DNA of 42,434 nt from a virus. Lineage: Duplodnaviria > Caudoviricetes. Under the pieces are notes generated by a model. The model was given only the letters and a program-made list of their open reading frames with translations, was not told where the DNA came from and ran no database searches. The position numbers were made by a program, and so were the translations under genes. The stretch covers positions 1 to 42,434 of the IMG/VR virus record IMGVR_UViG_3300017788_000059; one strand, written 5' to 3'. Positions within the stretch are counted from its first letter, which is position 1. The number at the start of each line of letters is the position of its first letter. This document shows positions 9,204 through 19,271 of the stretch, piece after piece.

Positions 9204-10324
9204 TAGATGACGTATATTTGTCTTGGCATCGCCCTGAATTTCATTTGTTTGTTCAGATTTTCCGCAATTAGTGCTTCCCTTTCCATAACTTTTTCTGGTC
9301 TTAGTCTTGTTAACCAACCTTCAGCACCTGTCAATTCTTCCATCAATTTAGATTTTTCGTCTTTGGCTTCGGTTAGTAAACTCGTATAATCCATGGTAAT
9401 TTCAGAATCTGGTGTTTTCAAATTTCCACTGTATTTCCCCCTTACTCTTGCAAGAGTTTCTTTACAATAAGCGGTAAACCATCTTCTTACCCATTGTTGT
9501 GCTGGTACGTTCAGGTCAACCCATTCAAGGGATTCTAAAGGAACGTCAGAGGGTAGTTTAATTATATCGGGATTTGCTTTTAGACACTTTGCTCTGTCTT
9601 CAGGTCCTACATCATAGTACCAATACCATACTCTATATTGGTTAAAACCAAAAGTACCCCAATCAAATCTTCCTCCAGGTACATTATAGAGTTGTAATAA
9701 TTTTTTCCCATCAGGAAGACCTGTGATTCTATAAGTCAATTCGCCACCGAGTATACGGCTTTGAATATTGATCTCTTGAAGTCTCAATAGCATATCAAAG
9801 GCTGGCATCATAAAATAAGATCCACTATATCCCATTTGTGAATACCCTGCAGGACCACCAAGACCTGGACCACCAATGAAACCCATTGACCATGGGTCGA
9901 ACAATATGTTTGATAGTTCTGCGGGTGTGAACCAAAGTACCTCATTAACTTCTCTACCTGCAGGTATCTCATAAAGTTGAGTGTTCGCAGACAACGTTAT
10001 GTAATCTTTTTTGAGAACATATGGACCAGAGGTTTGTAATCCAACGATTTTTGAGTATGCGTATGTGAATTGATTTTCAAAGTCCATTGTCCTTGTAATC
10101 AAAGCCGCGGCAACGGACCTCTCATCCATATTTAGATTGACCAAGTTTGTCCATTGAGATTCTATTAACCAATTCAGAGTATATTGCCCATAGTCCTGAA
10201 TTGATAATTCCATCAACGAATCCATCATTTCATCTTCCAATTCTACGGAACGTAAGGGTGCTCCGAGTAGATGTTTTACACGGGTGTAAATCTTGGATCT
10301 ATCTGGTTCTGCAATTACTGACAT
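9203..10324 (-). CDS. Neck/head-tail adaptor protein (T4 gp13-like)
   Basis: LGAPLRSVELEDEM at the N-terminus; WVRRWFTAYCKETLARVRGKYSG...EAKDEK..L.EEL at the C-terminus; morphogenesis context. Confidence 0.7.
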   Translation of the reverse strand: MSVIAEPDRSKIYTRVKHLLGAPLRSVELEDEMMDSLMELSIQDYGQYTLNWLIESQWTNLVNLNMDERSVAAALITRTMDFENQFTYAYSKIVGLQTSGPYVLKKDYITLSANTQLYEIPAGREVNEVLWFTPAELSNILFDPWSMGFIGGPGLGGPAGYSQMGYSGSYFMMPAFDMLLRLQEINIQSRILGGELTYRITGLPDGKKLLQLYNVPGGRFDWGTFGFNQYRVWYWYYDVGPEDRAKCLKANPDIIKLPSDVPLESLEWVDLNVPAQQWVRRWFTAYCKETLARVRGKYSGNLKTPDSEITMDYTSLLTEAKDEKSKLMEELTGAEGWLTRLRPEKVMEREALIAENLNKQMKFRAMPRQIYVI

Positions 10325-10348
10325 AATACTATAAATAGTTTGATGAAT

Positions 10349-11875
10349 CTATTTTATATCTAAGAGAAGTGATTCCTTCGGGAATACAAAATTTCCTGAT
10401 ATTATATTAGGTTTTTTGTCAAAAACTAAAACATTCCTACCTTTTTGAAATATCATCCAATCGGTTTTATATGTTTTCACTTTACCTGTTCCCTTCAATG
10501 TAATGGTCTTATCTTTATCTATTCTTTCTTTGAAGGGTTTAATTTGACCCGTCAAAGTTTTTCCGTCTTGAGTAATTTTTACATCAACCCCTTTCATATC
10601 TTCTTCATTACCAAGCTCTCCAATTTTTTCAAAATTTGATGAGCTGTCCATGTGTCTTTTCAAAACACTAATTACATAATCTTCTCGTTTGTTTCCAGCT
10701 GCGTCTGTTTCAGATAGAGCCTTCAATATATTTTGGAATGTAGGGCTTTCAGTGTCAAAAAGATTGAACTTGAAATATTTCATCGCTTTGGTAAATCTTT
10801 CCGCTTCTTTGATTTGTTCAGCAGGACCTTTACCAATAAAGACAATTGGCTTTTTCCCCACGGAAAGGATTAGTTTGTTAACATCATTCACCATGATACA
10901 AAATGCGGTGTAATTTGTATTCAACTTATTTATGACCGATCTGCCTGGTGATTCTAATCCATAAATTCCTGACATGTTACCTTCGGAATCTTTCTCTGCC
11001 CATTTGTCAGCAAAAACTTCTTTCAACATATCCTCAATCGACTTCCTGTATATCTTCTCAACCTTATTGTTTACGTTAAACATTACTCTTATACCTTCAA
11101 TCTGTTCTTGACTACATTTTTCAGATTTTCCCTCAGAGATTATTTGTTTCAGTTTCGTTGATTCTATAAGTTTTGTTTCAACTTTCATATCATACATCTT
11201 GGAAACAAAATCCCAGTTTACAACTTTCCAAAAATTAGAAATGTATTCATCTCTTTTATTTTTGTATTTCAAATAATATGCGTGTTCCCAAAGATCCAAA
11301 CCTAATAAGGGAAATCCACCACCTTCAATTATGTTCATCAGAGGGTTGTCTTGATTTGGTGTGGACATGACCTTCAACTTGTTTTGACTCGTCAAAACTA
11401 ACCACACCCAACCTGATCCAAATCTTTCCTTGGCGACAGTTTCGAATTCCTTTTTGAAGTTATTAAAGGACATAAATTGTTTGATTAGTTTTTGTTCCAA
11501 TGGACCTGTTAGTTTCATTGGTTTTGGAGAAAGCATGTTCCAAAATAATGCGTGATTGAAGGCTCCACCAGCATTGTTACGTATGGTTTTGTCGTATCTT
11601 GATATTGATTTGATAATCTTTTCAAGATCGAGATCCCCAAACTTTTTCTTGGATAATGCGTCGTTGAGTTTATCCACGTAGCCCTTATAATGTTTGTTAT
11701 AATGAAAGTTCATCGTTTCTGCGTCGATGAAAGGTTTCAAGGCTGAGTAGGAATAGGGTAATTTTTCTATTCCAATTTTTTTCATTTCTGTAATTAACAA
11801 CTTTTTTTCTTCGGTAATGTGGCTTTCCAATATTTCATTTTCAAGTTGTTCAATCTTTTTTTCTAAATCGTTCAT
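10349..11875 (-). CDS. sodA: Mn/Fe superoxide dismutase (Mn-type signatures) with N-terminal extension and ~270-aa C-terminal nuclease-like domain
   Basis: LPYSYSALKPFID, HYNKH, NNAGGAFNHALFW, FGSGWVWL, TPNQDNP, DLWEHAYY. Confidence 0.9.
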   Translation of the reverse strand: MNDLEKKIEQLENEILESHITEEKKLLITEMKKIGIEKLPYSYSALKPFIDAETMNFHYNKHYKGYVDKLNDALSKKKFGDLDLEKIIKSISRYDKTIRNNAGGAFNHALFWNMLSPKPMKLTGPLEQKLIKQFMSFNNFKKEFETVAKERFGSGWVWLVLTSQNKLKVMSTPNQDNPLMNIIEGGGFPLLGLDLWEHAYYLKYKNKRDEYISNFWKVVNWDFVSKMYDMKVETKLIESTKLKQIISEGKSEKCSQEQIEGIRVMFNVNNKVEKIYRKSIEDMLKEVFADKWAEKDSEGNMSGIYGLESPGRSVINKLNTNYTAFCIMVNDVNKLILSVGKKPIVFIGKGPAEQIKEAERFTKAMKYFKFNLFDTESPTFQNILKALSETDAAGNKREDYVISVLKRHMDSSSNFEKIGELGNEEDMKGVDVKITQDGKTLTGQIKPFKERIDKDKTITLKGTGKVKTYKTDWMIFQKGRNVLVFDKKPNIISGNFVFPKESLLLDIK

Positions 11876-11910
11876 ATCATTGGATTATTCTATAAATAAC
11901 CCGAAAGTTC

Positions 11911-13665
11911 CTAATGTTTTTGTGAGTTAATTTGTTGCATGATTTCTTCAACAATATCTACTTCGTTTTTCACGTCTCCCATAACAGTTGCAATTATTTG
12001 TTTCTTCTTGTTTAGGATATCGTAAATTATCCCCTCAATTGTGTTTTCAAAAATAGGGTAATATACTAAGACGTTGTTTTTTTGGCCGTATCGGTAAGCT
12101 CTATCTTCAGATTGCGAGTGGTCCGATGGTAGGAATGAAAGATCATTCATTATCACAGCCTCAGCTGCTGTAAGGGTTATACCAACACCAGCGGCTTTTA
12201 TATTACCAACGAATACCATAACTTTTGGATCTTCCTGAAATTTATCTACGCTTAATTGTCTGTCAGGTTTTGACATCGATCCGTCAAGTCTTACTGCGGT
12301 TTTTCCAAAATGTTCGATTATTTTTTCTAAAGAGTGTGTAAAGTTACAAAATATGATAACTTTTTTTCCTTGCTCGATTATGTTCTCGGCTAGTTCAATT
12401 GTATGTAATGTTTTCTCATCTGCAATTACTTGACGTACCACGGTTAGTTTGGTAAATTGAACTGTTAATGATTTGCTCTCATCGGTGTTTTTTTCATACC
12501 AATTATAATAATCACCCATAACCTCTTCATATTTTTTTGACTTTAACCTGAGGTATACAGGCGTAATAATTTTTTCGGGTAAATCTAACACGTCTTCTTT
12601 CAATCTTCTTAAAACTAAGTTTGAGGTCCTGTCTCTTAGTTCCTCGAGGTTGGACGCACCCATTACGTTCCAAACTTTTCTAGCACCAACTTTGAACTGA
12701 TACCCTTCACAATATCGGATAACAAATGCCATCCAATTTTTGGCAACGGGTGAGTCAACTAAATTCAAGAGATTATAATAATCTATGGGTCTCGAAGTCA
12801 TTGGAGTACCAGTCAATAACCAAAGGCGATCTACTTTTTTTACGAAGTCATTGATTAACTTTGTTCGTTGTGCTTGAGGATTTTTAATATAGTGTGCTTC
12901 GTCAATAACCACCAAATCAAAACCGGCTCTAAGAATTTGTGAATCATCTTTCTTTTTTGGATCATGGAAATTTTTTATGATATCATAATTTATGATTACA
13001 AAATCGTGTTCTTCACTAAAGTTTTTACCCTCCGCAATGTATACCTGTTTTTTTGTATAATTTTCTATTTCCCTCTGCCAATTAATTTTGAGTGAAGCTG
13101 GACAAATTATAAGAACTTTTTTTGCGTTGGATTCAAGTGCAGCTATAATGGTAGACGTAGTCTTGCCAAGACCCATATCATCCGCCAAAACATAACGTTT
13201 GTTTTCAACCAACTTTTGTATAGCTTCTTTTTGATGATTAAGAGGTGGTCTGTTTGAATATTTTTCATAATCTATGTTTACATTTTTAACTGTATGATCT
13301 TTTATCAGAGCGGCTTTCGGTAACCAGAAATCGTGTAGTTGTTCAGTTTCAAAAACTCTACCCCAAATATGGTAAGCCTTATCCCTTTCTGTTAATAATT
13401 TCTCAACCCAAACCTTTTCAGGTATTTGAGTATAAAGTTTGTCGTTAGCCAATTTTTGGGCAAAATAAGAGTCAAGAACCGCCCATTTTTTTGCAACTTT
13501 AGGTTGTTTGTCGTGGTTACCGATAATATATTCCGACTGACTCCTTGTGGGATAAAATTTTTTGTTCAGAATAAATTTGCGTTTCAATTCTTGGATATAG
13601 TTATTGGATCCTTCGTAAGTTTCCAATATAGATAACGCCTTGGATTCAATAGTAATCTCACTCAT
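11911..13665 (-). CDS. SNF2-family helicase/translocase
   Basis: LADDMGLGKT, DEAH, LTGTP, GVGITL, QSEDRAYRYGQ. Confidence 0.93.
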   Translation of the reverse strand: MSEITIESKALSILETYEGSNNYIQELKRKFILNKKFYPTRSQSEYIIGNHDKQPKVAKKWAVLDSYFAQKLANDKLYTQIPEKVWVEKLLTERDKAYHIWGRVFETEQLHDFWLPKAALIKDHTVKNVNIDYEKYSNRPPLNHQKEAIQKLVENKRYVLADDMGLGKTTSTIIAALESNAKKVLIICPASLKINWQREIENYTKKQVYIAEGKNFSEEHDFVIINYDIIKNFHDPKKKDDSQILRAGFDLVVIDEAHYIKNPQAQRTKLINDFVKKVDRLWLLTGTPMTSRPIDYYNLLNLVDSPVAKNWMAFVIRYCEGYQFKVGARKVWNVMGASNLEELRDRTSNLVLRRLKEDVLDLPEKIITPVYLRLKSKKYEEVMGDYYNWYEKNTDESKSLTVQFTKLTVVRQVIADEKTLHTIELAENIIEQGKKVIIFCNFTHSLEKIIEHFGKTAVRLDGSMSKPDRQLSVDKFQEDPKVMVFVGNIKAAGVGITLTAAEAVIMNDLSFLPSDHSQSEDRAYRYGQKNNVLVYYPIFENTIEGIIYDILNKKKQIIATVMGDVKNEVDIVEEIMQQINSQKH

Positions 13666-13762
13666 CTTTTTTTACCTTGATATCTTTCACCATGTCCATT
13701 GGACTTTTGTCAATATAGATTTTTCTAGATGTTAGCATCACGTTGCTAAGTACACTTTGTGT

Positions 13763-13794
13763 CAAATATAATTGTTTACGATGTATTTATCAAC
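13763..13794 (-). promoter_or_regulatory. Bacteroidota-type -33/-7 promoter for the SNF2 helicase unit
   Basis: Minus strand reads GTTG-N20-TATATTTG, a perfect TAnnTTTG -7 element. Confidence 0.5.
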
Positions 13795-13796
13795 AT

Positions 13797-14309
13797 ATGG
13801 ACAAACAGGTACCAATAACACGATTAGGTAAGTTTTTCGGGGGTGAAGATTTTGCGTTGGATATCGGAATGGGTGAAGAGTGGTTGGAAGGAGATATGAA
13901 TTTCACTTTGGTATTATACAAGGTTGATAAAACCAAAACAAAGTCTGATGACGTTTATGGCGAGGCTCTTGAGGATGGAATACAATTTTTACCACCTGTT
14001 GAGTTTAAAGGACTGGTGAAGATTCTCACACCAACGAATCAATTGATCGGTGCTTCAAGAATCAATCAATCAGAACCTGGTAATTTACAGGTTTCTGTTT
14101 ATCAACAAACATTAGATGATCTTCAGATTAATATAGATTTTGGTGATTATATTGGTTATTACGAAACAGAGCAGAGAGTAAGGTATTATAGTGTTGTAGA
14201 TGATGGGAGGGTAAACTCAGATAACAAACACACATACGGAGGTTATAAGCCGTTTTATAGAACAATCCTTGCCACGTATGTAACGGACAATGAATTTAGA
14301 GGTATATGA
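13797..14309 (+). CDS. Head closure/neck protein (gp14-like)
   Basis: Start moved to the ATG at 13797 (MDKQVPITRLGKFF), just after TATTTAT; DDVYGEA and GDYIGY..YYSV motifs; context. Confidence 0.55.
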   Translation: MDKQVPITRLGKFFGGEDFALDIGMGEEWLEGDMNFTLVLYKVDKTKTKSDDVYGEALEDGIQFLPPVEFKGLVKILTPTNQLIGASRINQSEPGNLQVSVYQQTLDDLQINIDFGDYIGYYETEQRVRYYSVVDDGRVNSDNKHTYGGYKPFYRTILATYVTDNEFRGI

Positions 14310-14725
14310 TTTATCAAATTTCTGAATCACAAAAAAAACTTTTGAAGTTGAACCTCTTGGGTGGAAGGGTTATGGTATATTATAATTTAAACAAACATAC
14401 TTTTTCGATTCAGAGGGGTGGATTGGTTGTTGCTCATGCAGATTATGTTAGGTTGTCGGACGTTGAGTTTAGGGTTAGGAAAGGTGGCTTAGAAAGGGTC
14501 AGAAAAGAACAAGTTAAAAACGTTCATGCTTTTGTGATTGGTACTCTTTTGGATTTGTGTGAACATCCATGTCTCGATATACCTGAAGATTCTGATGGTA
14601 TTCCTGTAACTTATAATCCATACAAACATGACACGTTCGTAATCAAAAATACCTCAGTGCCTGTACAAAATGCTAAAGATGTTGAGATGATAAATGGTCC
14701 GATTAAGATATTTCTATTAAGTTAG
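14306..14725 (+). CDS. Conserved phage hypothetical protein
   Basis: VYYNLNKHTFSI, KNVHAFVIG, VTYNPYKHDTF; ATGA coupling to the upstream gene. Confidence 0.65.
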   Translation: MIYQISESQKKLLKLNLLGGRVMVYYNLNKHTFSIQRGGLVVAHADYVRLSDVEFRVRKGGLERVRKEQVKNVHAFVIGTLLDLCEHPCLDIPEDSDGIPVTYNPYKHDTFVIKNTSVPVQNAKDVEMINGPIKIFLLS

Positions 14726-14726
14726 T

Positions 14727-15767
14727 ATGGCGTTCCCAAAACAAATAAAGAAAAAATTACAGCTGAAGCCCCAAAAGGAATTATTGGCTAGAAGAGAACA
14801 ACTTTTGGATTACATCACAAGAGATGGAACTTTTTTACCTAAGTCGGTTCTCCATGCAGATTTGGATCGTGGGATGTTGGATTTTGTAAAAAATGATTTG
14901 CAAACTGTTACGTCTGGTAAGGTGGTTCCTGTAATTGACATCATAATAACAACACAAAACTGGTCTCAGTTCACAGAAAGTTGGAATTTTTCGGACTTGG
15001 ATAAAAACGTTCAAGTTCCATTTATATCTTTAGTCAGAAACCCTGAAGTTAAATATGGGTCTAATCCTGCCCTCATTTACAACATACCGAACAGAAGACA
15101 ATACTACTTTGCGACTGTACCAACTTGGGATGGTCAGAGAAAAGGAATTGATATCTACACAATACCACAGCCGGTACCTGTTGATATTACATACAGCTTG
15201 AAGTTTTTCTGTAATAGAATGAGAGAGTTGAATCAGTTGAATAAAATTGTGATGCAAACTTTTGCATCGAGACAAGCCTATACCTTTATTAAAGGACATT
15301 ATGTTCCGATTATCTTAACAAATGTTGGTGATAATTCTGTTTTAGATCTGGACAAAAGGAAATATTATGTACAAAGTTATGATTTCTTAATGATGGGGTT
15401 CCTCATTGATGAGGAAGAATTTGAGGTCAAGCCTGCAATTTCAAGAACCGTTCAATTGTTGGAAACCGACAACACTAAGAGGCGTAGGAGAAAAAAAATA
15501 TATCCCGAAAACGCAACCGAATTTCCTTTGACATTCAACTTTTCTGCGGGTACGACAGCTTATACCGAGACTTACAAATACGTTGCAAATTTCAATTTCA
15601 ATAGCCAAGTTAATGTTGACAGTTATGATGTGTTCCTAAATGAATATTATTTGGGTGCTAACTTACCGACTATTCAGGTAAGTTCGGGTGATCTTGTTAG
15701 ATTTGAAATTACACCATCGGACAACACAAAAGATAGCTCAATGTTATTCATTGCTAACTTACTTTAA
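14727..15767 (+). CDS. Tail terminator/completion protein (gp15-like) with C-terminal extension
   Basis: VPFISLVR and PQPVPVDITYSL..F...MRELNQL; position just before the sheath gene. Confidence 0.55.
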   Translation: MAFPKQIKKKLQLKPQKELLARREQLLDYITRDGTFLPKSVLHADLDRGMLDFVKNDLQTVTSGKVVPVIDIIITTQNWSQFTESWNFSDLDKNVQVPFISLVRNPEVKYGSNPALIYNIPNRRQYYFATVPTWDGQRKGIDIYTIPQPVPVDITYSLKFFCNRMRELNQLNKIVMQTFASRQAYTFIKGHYVPIILTNVGDNSVLDLDKRKYYVQSYDFLMMGFLIDEEEFEVKPAISRTVQLLETDNTKRRRRKKIYPENATEFPLTFNFSAGTTAYTETYKYVANFNFNSQVNVDSYDVFLNEYYLGANLPTIQVSSGDLVRFEITPSDNTKDSSMLFIANLL

Positions 15768-15937
15768 TCTTCCCCGTACAAATCGGTTTTTTCTTTACAC
15801 TTCTCAAATATTAGATTTTCTAAAAACTTATAAATTTTGATTCCCCTTTTATCACAATAGTTTTTCAACTTATTATGTGCTTCGGGCGAAATCTTGATGT
15901 TCTTTATCTCTTTCTTTGATTTTGAGTGAGTTTTCAT
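15764..15937 (-). CDS. 57-aa ribbon-helix-helix-like DNA-binding protein (not in ORF track)
   Basis: Manual translation MKTHSKSKKEIKNIKISPEAHNKLKNYCDKRGIKIYKFLENLIFEKCKEKTDLYGED; beta-alpha-alpha pattern with a conserved Gly turn. Confidence 0.65.
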   Translation of the reverse strand: MKTHSKSKKEIKNIKISPEAHNKLKNYCDKRGIKIYKFLENLIFEKCKEKTDLYGED

Positions 15938-16055
15938 AGGGAGAAAAAAGGCAGAATTTATTATCCCACTTATAGAAATAGATATTCAAAAGTAAAGTTT
16001 TTTGTCTTTGATTTAATATTTATCATAAAATAAATTCAATTAGAACTTTTTAATA

Positions 16056-19000
16056 ATGGCAACAAATCAAAAAGTATTCGTTTCCCCTGGTGTTTACACA
16101 AGTGAAACTGATCTATCATTCGTAGCTCAGAGTGTTGGTGTGACCACTTTGGGCATCGTTGGAGAGACCTTAACAGGTCCTGCCTTCGAACCGATTTTCA
16201 TCACAAGCTATGATGAATTCACAGCATTGTTCGGTCCAACCTCACCCGAAAAATTCACAAACACACAGATACCTAAATATGAAGCGGCTTACATCGCTAA
16301 GCAATATCTTCAACAATCGAACCAATTATTTGTAACTAGAGTTCTCGGTTTGTCTGGTTATGATGCGGGTCCGTCTTGGTCTTTCACTACAATTGCTAAT
16401 GTTAACCCTACAACGATAGCAAGATCTGGGTCTTCAGTAGATTTCAATTTTAACTTTTCTGGTAATACGGGTGGAACAATAACTTTGACACAATTAACAA
16501 TGCCAAGTATACTTTGGAATAATTTAGATACAGTCTATACTCAATTCGACGGATCGACATCATCATTCAGAGATGATATCAATACCCAAATTTTGAGTAT
16601 TGCGGAATCGTCAGGAACTACCTTTGAAATTACAGGTGCTACGAGTGAGGTTTCGGTTTACGGCGCTATTGATACCGACGATTTAGCAACAATTACAGCT
16701 GCGACTTTGACAAACGTTCTTGGTGTTAGTAGTTTCAACAATTCTGATATTACTTTCTCAGCTGAAAGTAATGATGAGTGGTATTACGCAACATTCGATA
16801 AAACAGGATCGACCGCGAGTCAATCATCACTCTATTCAGGATATTCTTTCTTCAATTACGTTTCAGCAATTCAAACAGGTACTACTGGTAATTGGAATAC
16901 TTTCTCAGGTGTAATGTCAGGTTCAATATATTATTATTCGGGGACCTCTTACACAGAATACGATAATTTGGTTGTGGCAACTTTGAGGTCTCGTGGTATC
17001 TCATTATACAATGCAACAACTGCAGGACCGAGATATCAAGTTTCTGGTACGACGGATTTGGGTCTGAACTTGGCTAATTCTTATTCTGGTTTAACAACTA
17101 ATCCATACGCTACTTTTGCAATTACGGGTGAAACTTATGAGGGTGATAGTTTCTCTTTCGAAACTTCTTTCTCCTCTTCTGACTCAGAGTACATAACTAA
17201 GGTTCTAAGTGTGACTAACTTTGCGAAATCAAGGTTGGAGGTTCCTGTATTTGTTGAGGAGATTTATCAAACTATGTTAAACTGGTCTTATAATAACGGT
17301 TACATAAGAGGTATCAATCCAAACTTTACAGCTCTTCCTGAAGCGCGTGGTGGAGATGTAACTTCAATAGCTAATAATCTATTCCAATATCAAAGTCCAA
17401 GAACTCCATGGGTTGTTTCGGAGTTGAGAGGTAACAAAGTTTATAACCTTTTCAAGTTTGTTTCAATTTCTGATGGTGACGCGGCTAACACACAAATCAA
17501 AATTTCTATCATGAATATGTCGTTCAACAATTCGACATTTGACATTATGGTCAGAGATTTCTTTGATACCGATGCTAATCCTGTAGTTCTTGAAAAATTC
17601 ACGAACTGTACTATGGATCCTGCGCTCAATTCATTCGTAGCTAAAAAAATCGGATCGTCTGATGGTGAGTATCCTCTAAACTCTGGTTACATAATGTTGG
17701 AGCTCTCTGAAGAGTTTCCTATCGATGCATTACCTTGTGGTTTTGAGGGATATACAATGAGAGATTATCAAGGAGATATTCAATCACCAATTCCTATCTA
17801 TAAGACAGCATACTATTTCCCTGGTCAAGTAATTTTTAATCCTCCTTTTGGAACTACAGCTGGAGGGTCTAATGTTGTAACAAGTTCTGGTGATAACGTT
17901 AGAAGGACCTTCTTAGGATTCTCTAACACTATTGGTATAGACGATTCGTTCTTCCAATTCAAAGGTTTCCAAAACATACTTGACCATTGTGATACAAACG
18001 TTGAGAATCCATTCAATTACAGAACGAAAGGATTCCACATGGATTCAGGGGCGACTGCAGTAACAATCGCAAACACATTTATGACTAGTGGTCAAACAGC
18101 TTTTGAAGTTGGAGACGCAAGTTTCAATATTGAACCTACCGATCCTGCAAATCCTTACTACAGGCTTTTTTCAAGGAAGTTTACAGTCTGCTTCGCAGGA
18201 GGTTTCGACGGATGGGATATCTACAGAGAATCGAGAACCAATGGAGATGAATACATCTTAGGTGCTACAGGTTACCTCAAAGGCGCTTGTCCGACTTCGA
18301 GATACCCAACTGCTACAGGATGGGGAGCTTTCAGAGATTATGCTGCGGGTGACATTACATCAGATTGGGGTAATAGTGACTACTACGCATATCAACTTGG
18401 TATTGCAACTTTTGCAAACCCTGAAGCTACGAATATTAACGTGTTTGTTACACCTGGTATTGATTATGTTAACAATAGTAACTTAGTAGAATACGCTGTT
18501 GATATGGTAGAAGATGACAGAGCAGATTCTATCTACATCTGTACAACTCCTGACTATGATATGTTCTTACCAACGACTTATGATAATATCGGGGTAATTT
18601 ATCCAACAGAAGCTGTGGATAACTTAGAAACAACTGGTATCGATTCAAACTATACTGCAACATATTACCCGTGGATCCTTGTAAGAGATACGGTGAACAA
18701 CACACAAATTTACATTCCACCTACAGGTGAGGTTTGTAGAAACTTGGCTTTGACAGATAACATTGCTTTCCCATGGTACGCTTCGGCGGGTTACACAAGA
18801 GGTCTTGTCAATTCTGTAAAGGCAAGATTAAAGCTCACACAAGAGAATAGAGATACTTTATACAAAGGTAGAATCAATCCAATTGCAACTTTCTCAGATG
18901 TAGGAACGGTAATATGGGGTAACAAAACCCTCCAAATCGCTGAATCGGCTCTTGATAGATTGAATGTAAGAAGACTTCTACTTCAAGCTCGTAAGTTGAT

Positions 19001-19265
19001 TTCTGCGGTGGCTGTAAGGTTGTTGTTCGAACAGAACGACGAGATTGTAAGACAACAGTTCTTGGATTCAGTAAACCCAATCATGGACTCCATAAGAAGA
19101 GACAGAGGTGTTTACGATTTCCGTGTGACAGTTTCTTCATCACCTGAAGACTTAGACAGAAACACACTTACAGGTAAAATTTATCTTAAACCAACAAAGT
19201 CTCTCGAATTCATCGATATCGAATTCTTGATTACTCCAGCGGGAGCGACTTTTGAAAATATCTAA
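16056..19265 (+). CDS. Contractile tail sheath protein (gp18-like) with large insertions
   Basis: FVSPGVYTSETD, YYPW, PWYASAGYTRG, RINPI, IWGNKTLQ, LDRLNVRRLL, PTKSLEFI. Confidence 0.95.
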   Translation: MATNQKVFVSPGVYTSETDLSFVAQSVGVTTLGIVGETLTGPAFEPIFITSYDEFTALFGPTSPEKFTNTQIPKYEAAYIAKQYLQQSNQLFVTRVLGLSGYDAGPSWSFTTIANVNPTTIARSGSSVDFNFNFSGNTGGTITLTQLTMPSILWNNLDTVYTQFDGSTSSFRDDINTQILSIAESSGTTFEITGATSEVSVYGAIDTDDLATITAATLTNVLGVSSFNNSDITFSAESNDEWYYATFDKTGSTASQSSLYSGYSFFNYVSAIQTGTTGNWNTFSGVMSGSIYYYSGTSYTEYDNLVVATLRSRGISLYNATTAGPRYQVSGTTDLGLNLANSYSGLTTNPYATFAITGETYEGDSFSFETSFSSSDSEYITKVLSVTNFAKSRLEVPVFVEEIYQTMLNWSYNNGYIRGINPNFTALPEARGGDVTSIANNLFQYQSPRTPWVVSELRGNKVYNLFKFVSISDGDAANTQIKISIMNMSFNNSTFDIMVRDFFDTDANPVVLEKFTNCTMDPALNSFVAKKIGSSDGEYPLNSGYIMLELSEEFPIDALPCGFEGYTMRDYQGDIQSPIPIYKTAYYFPGQVIFNPPFGTTAGGSNVVTSSGDNVRRTFLGFSNTIGIDDSFFQFKGFQNILDHCDTNVENPFNYRTKGFHMDSGATAVTIANTFMTSGQTAFEVGDASFNIEPTDPANPYYRLFSRKFTVCFAGGFDGWDIYRESRTNGDEYILGATGYLKGACPTSRYPTATGWGAFRDYAAGDITSDWGNSDYYAYQLGIATFANPEATNINVFVTPGIDYVNNSNLVEYAVDMVEDDRADSIYICTTPDYDMFLPTTYDNIGVIYPTEAVDNLETTGIDSNYTATYYPWILVRDTVNNTQIYIPPTGEVCRNLALTDNIAFPWYASAGYTRGLVNSVKARLKLTQENRDTLYKGRINPIATFSDVGTVIWGNKTLQIAESALDRLNVRRLLLQARKLISAVAVRLLFEQNDEIVRQQFLDSVNPIMDSIRRDRGVYDFRVTVSSSPEDLDRNTLTGKIYLKPTKSLEFIDIEFLITPAGATFENI

Positions 19266-19271
19266 AATAAC

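Noticed and set aside
6099-13665. Giant-virus (NCLDV) or cellular origin suggested by PolB, SNF2, SOD and glycosyltransferases
   Set aside because: Sheath, tube, neck, baseplate, gp32-like SSB and bacterial-type terminators indicate a tailed phage
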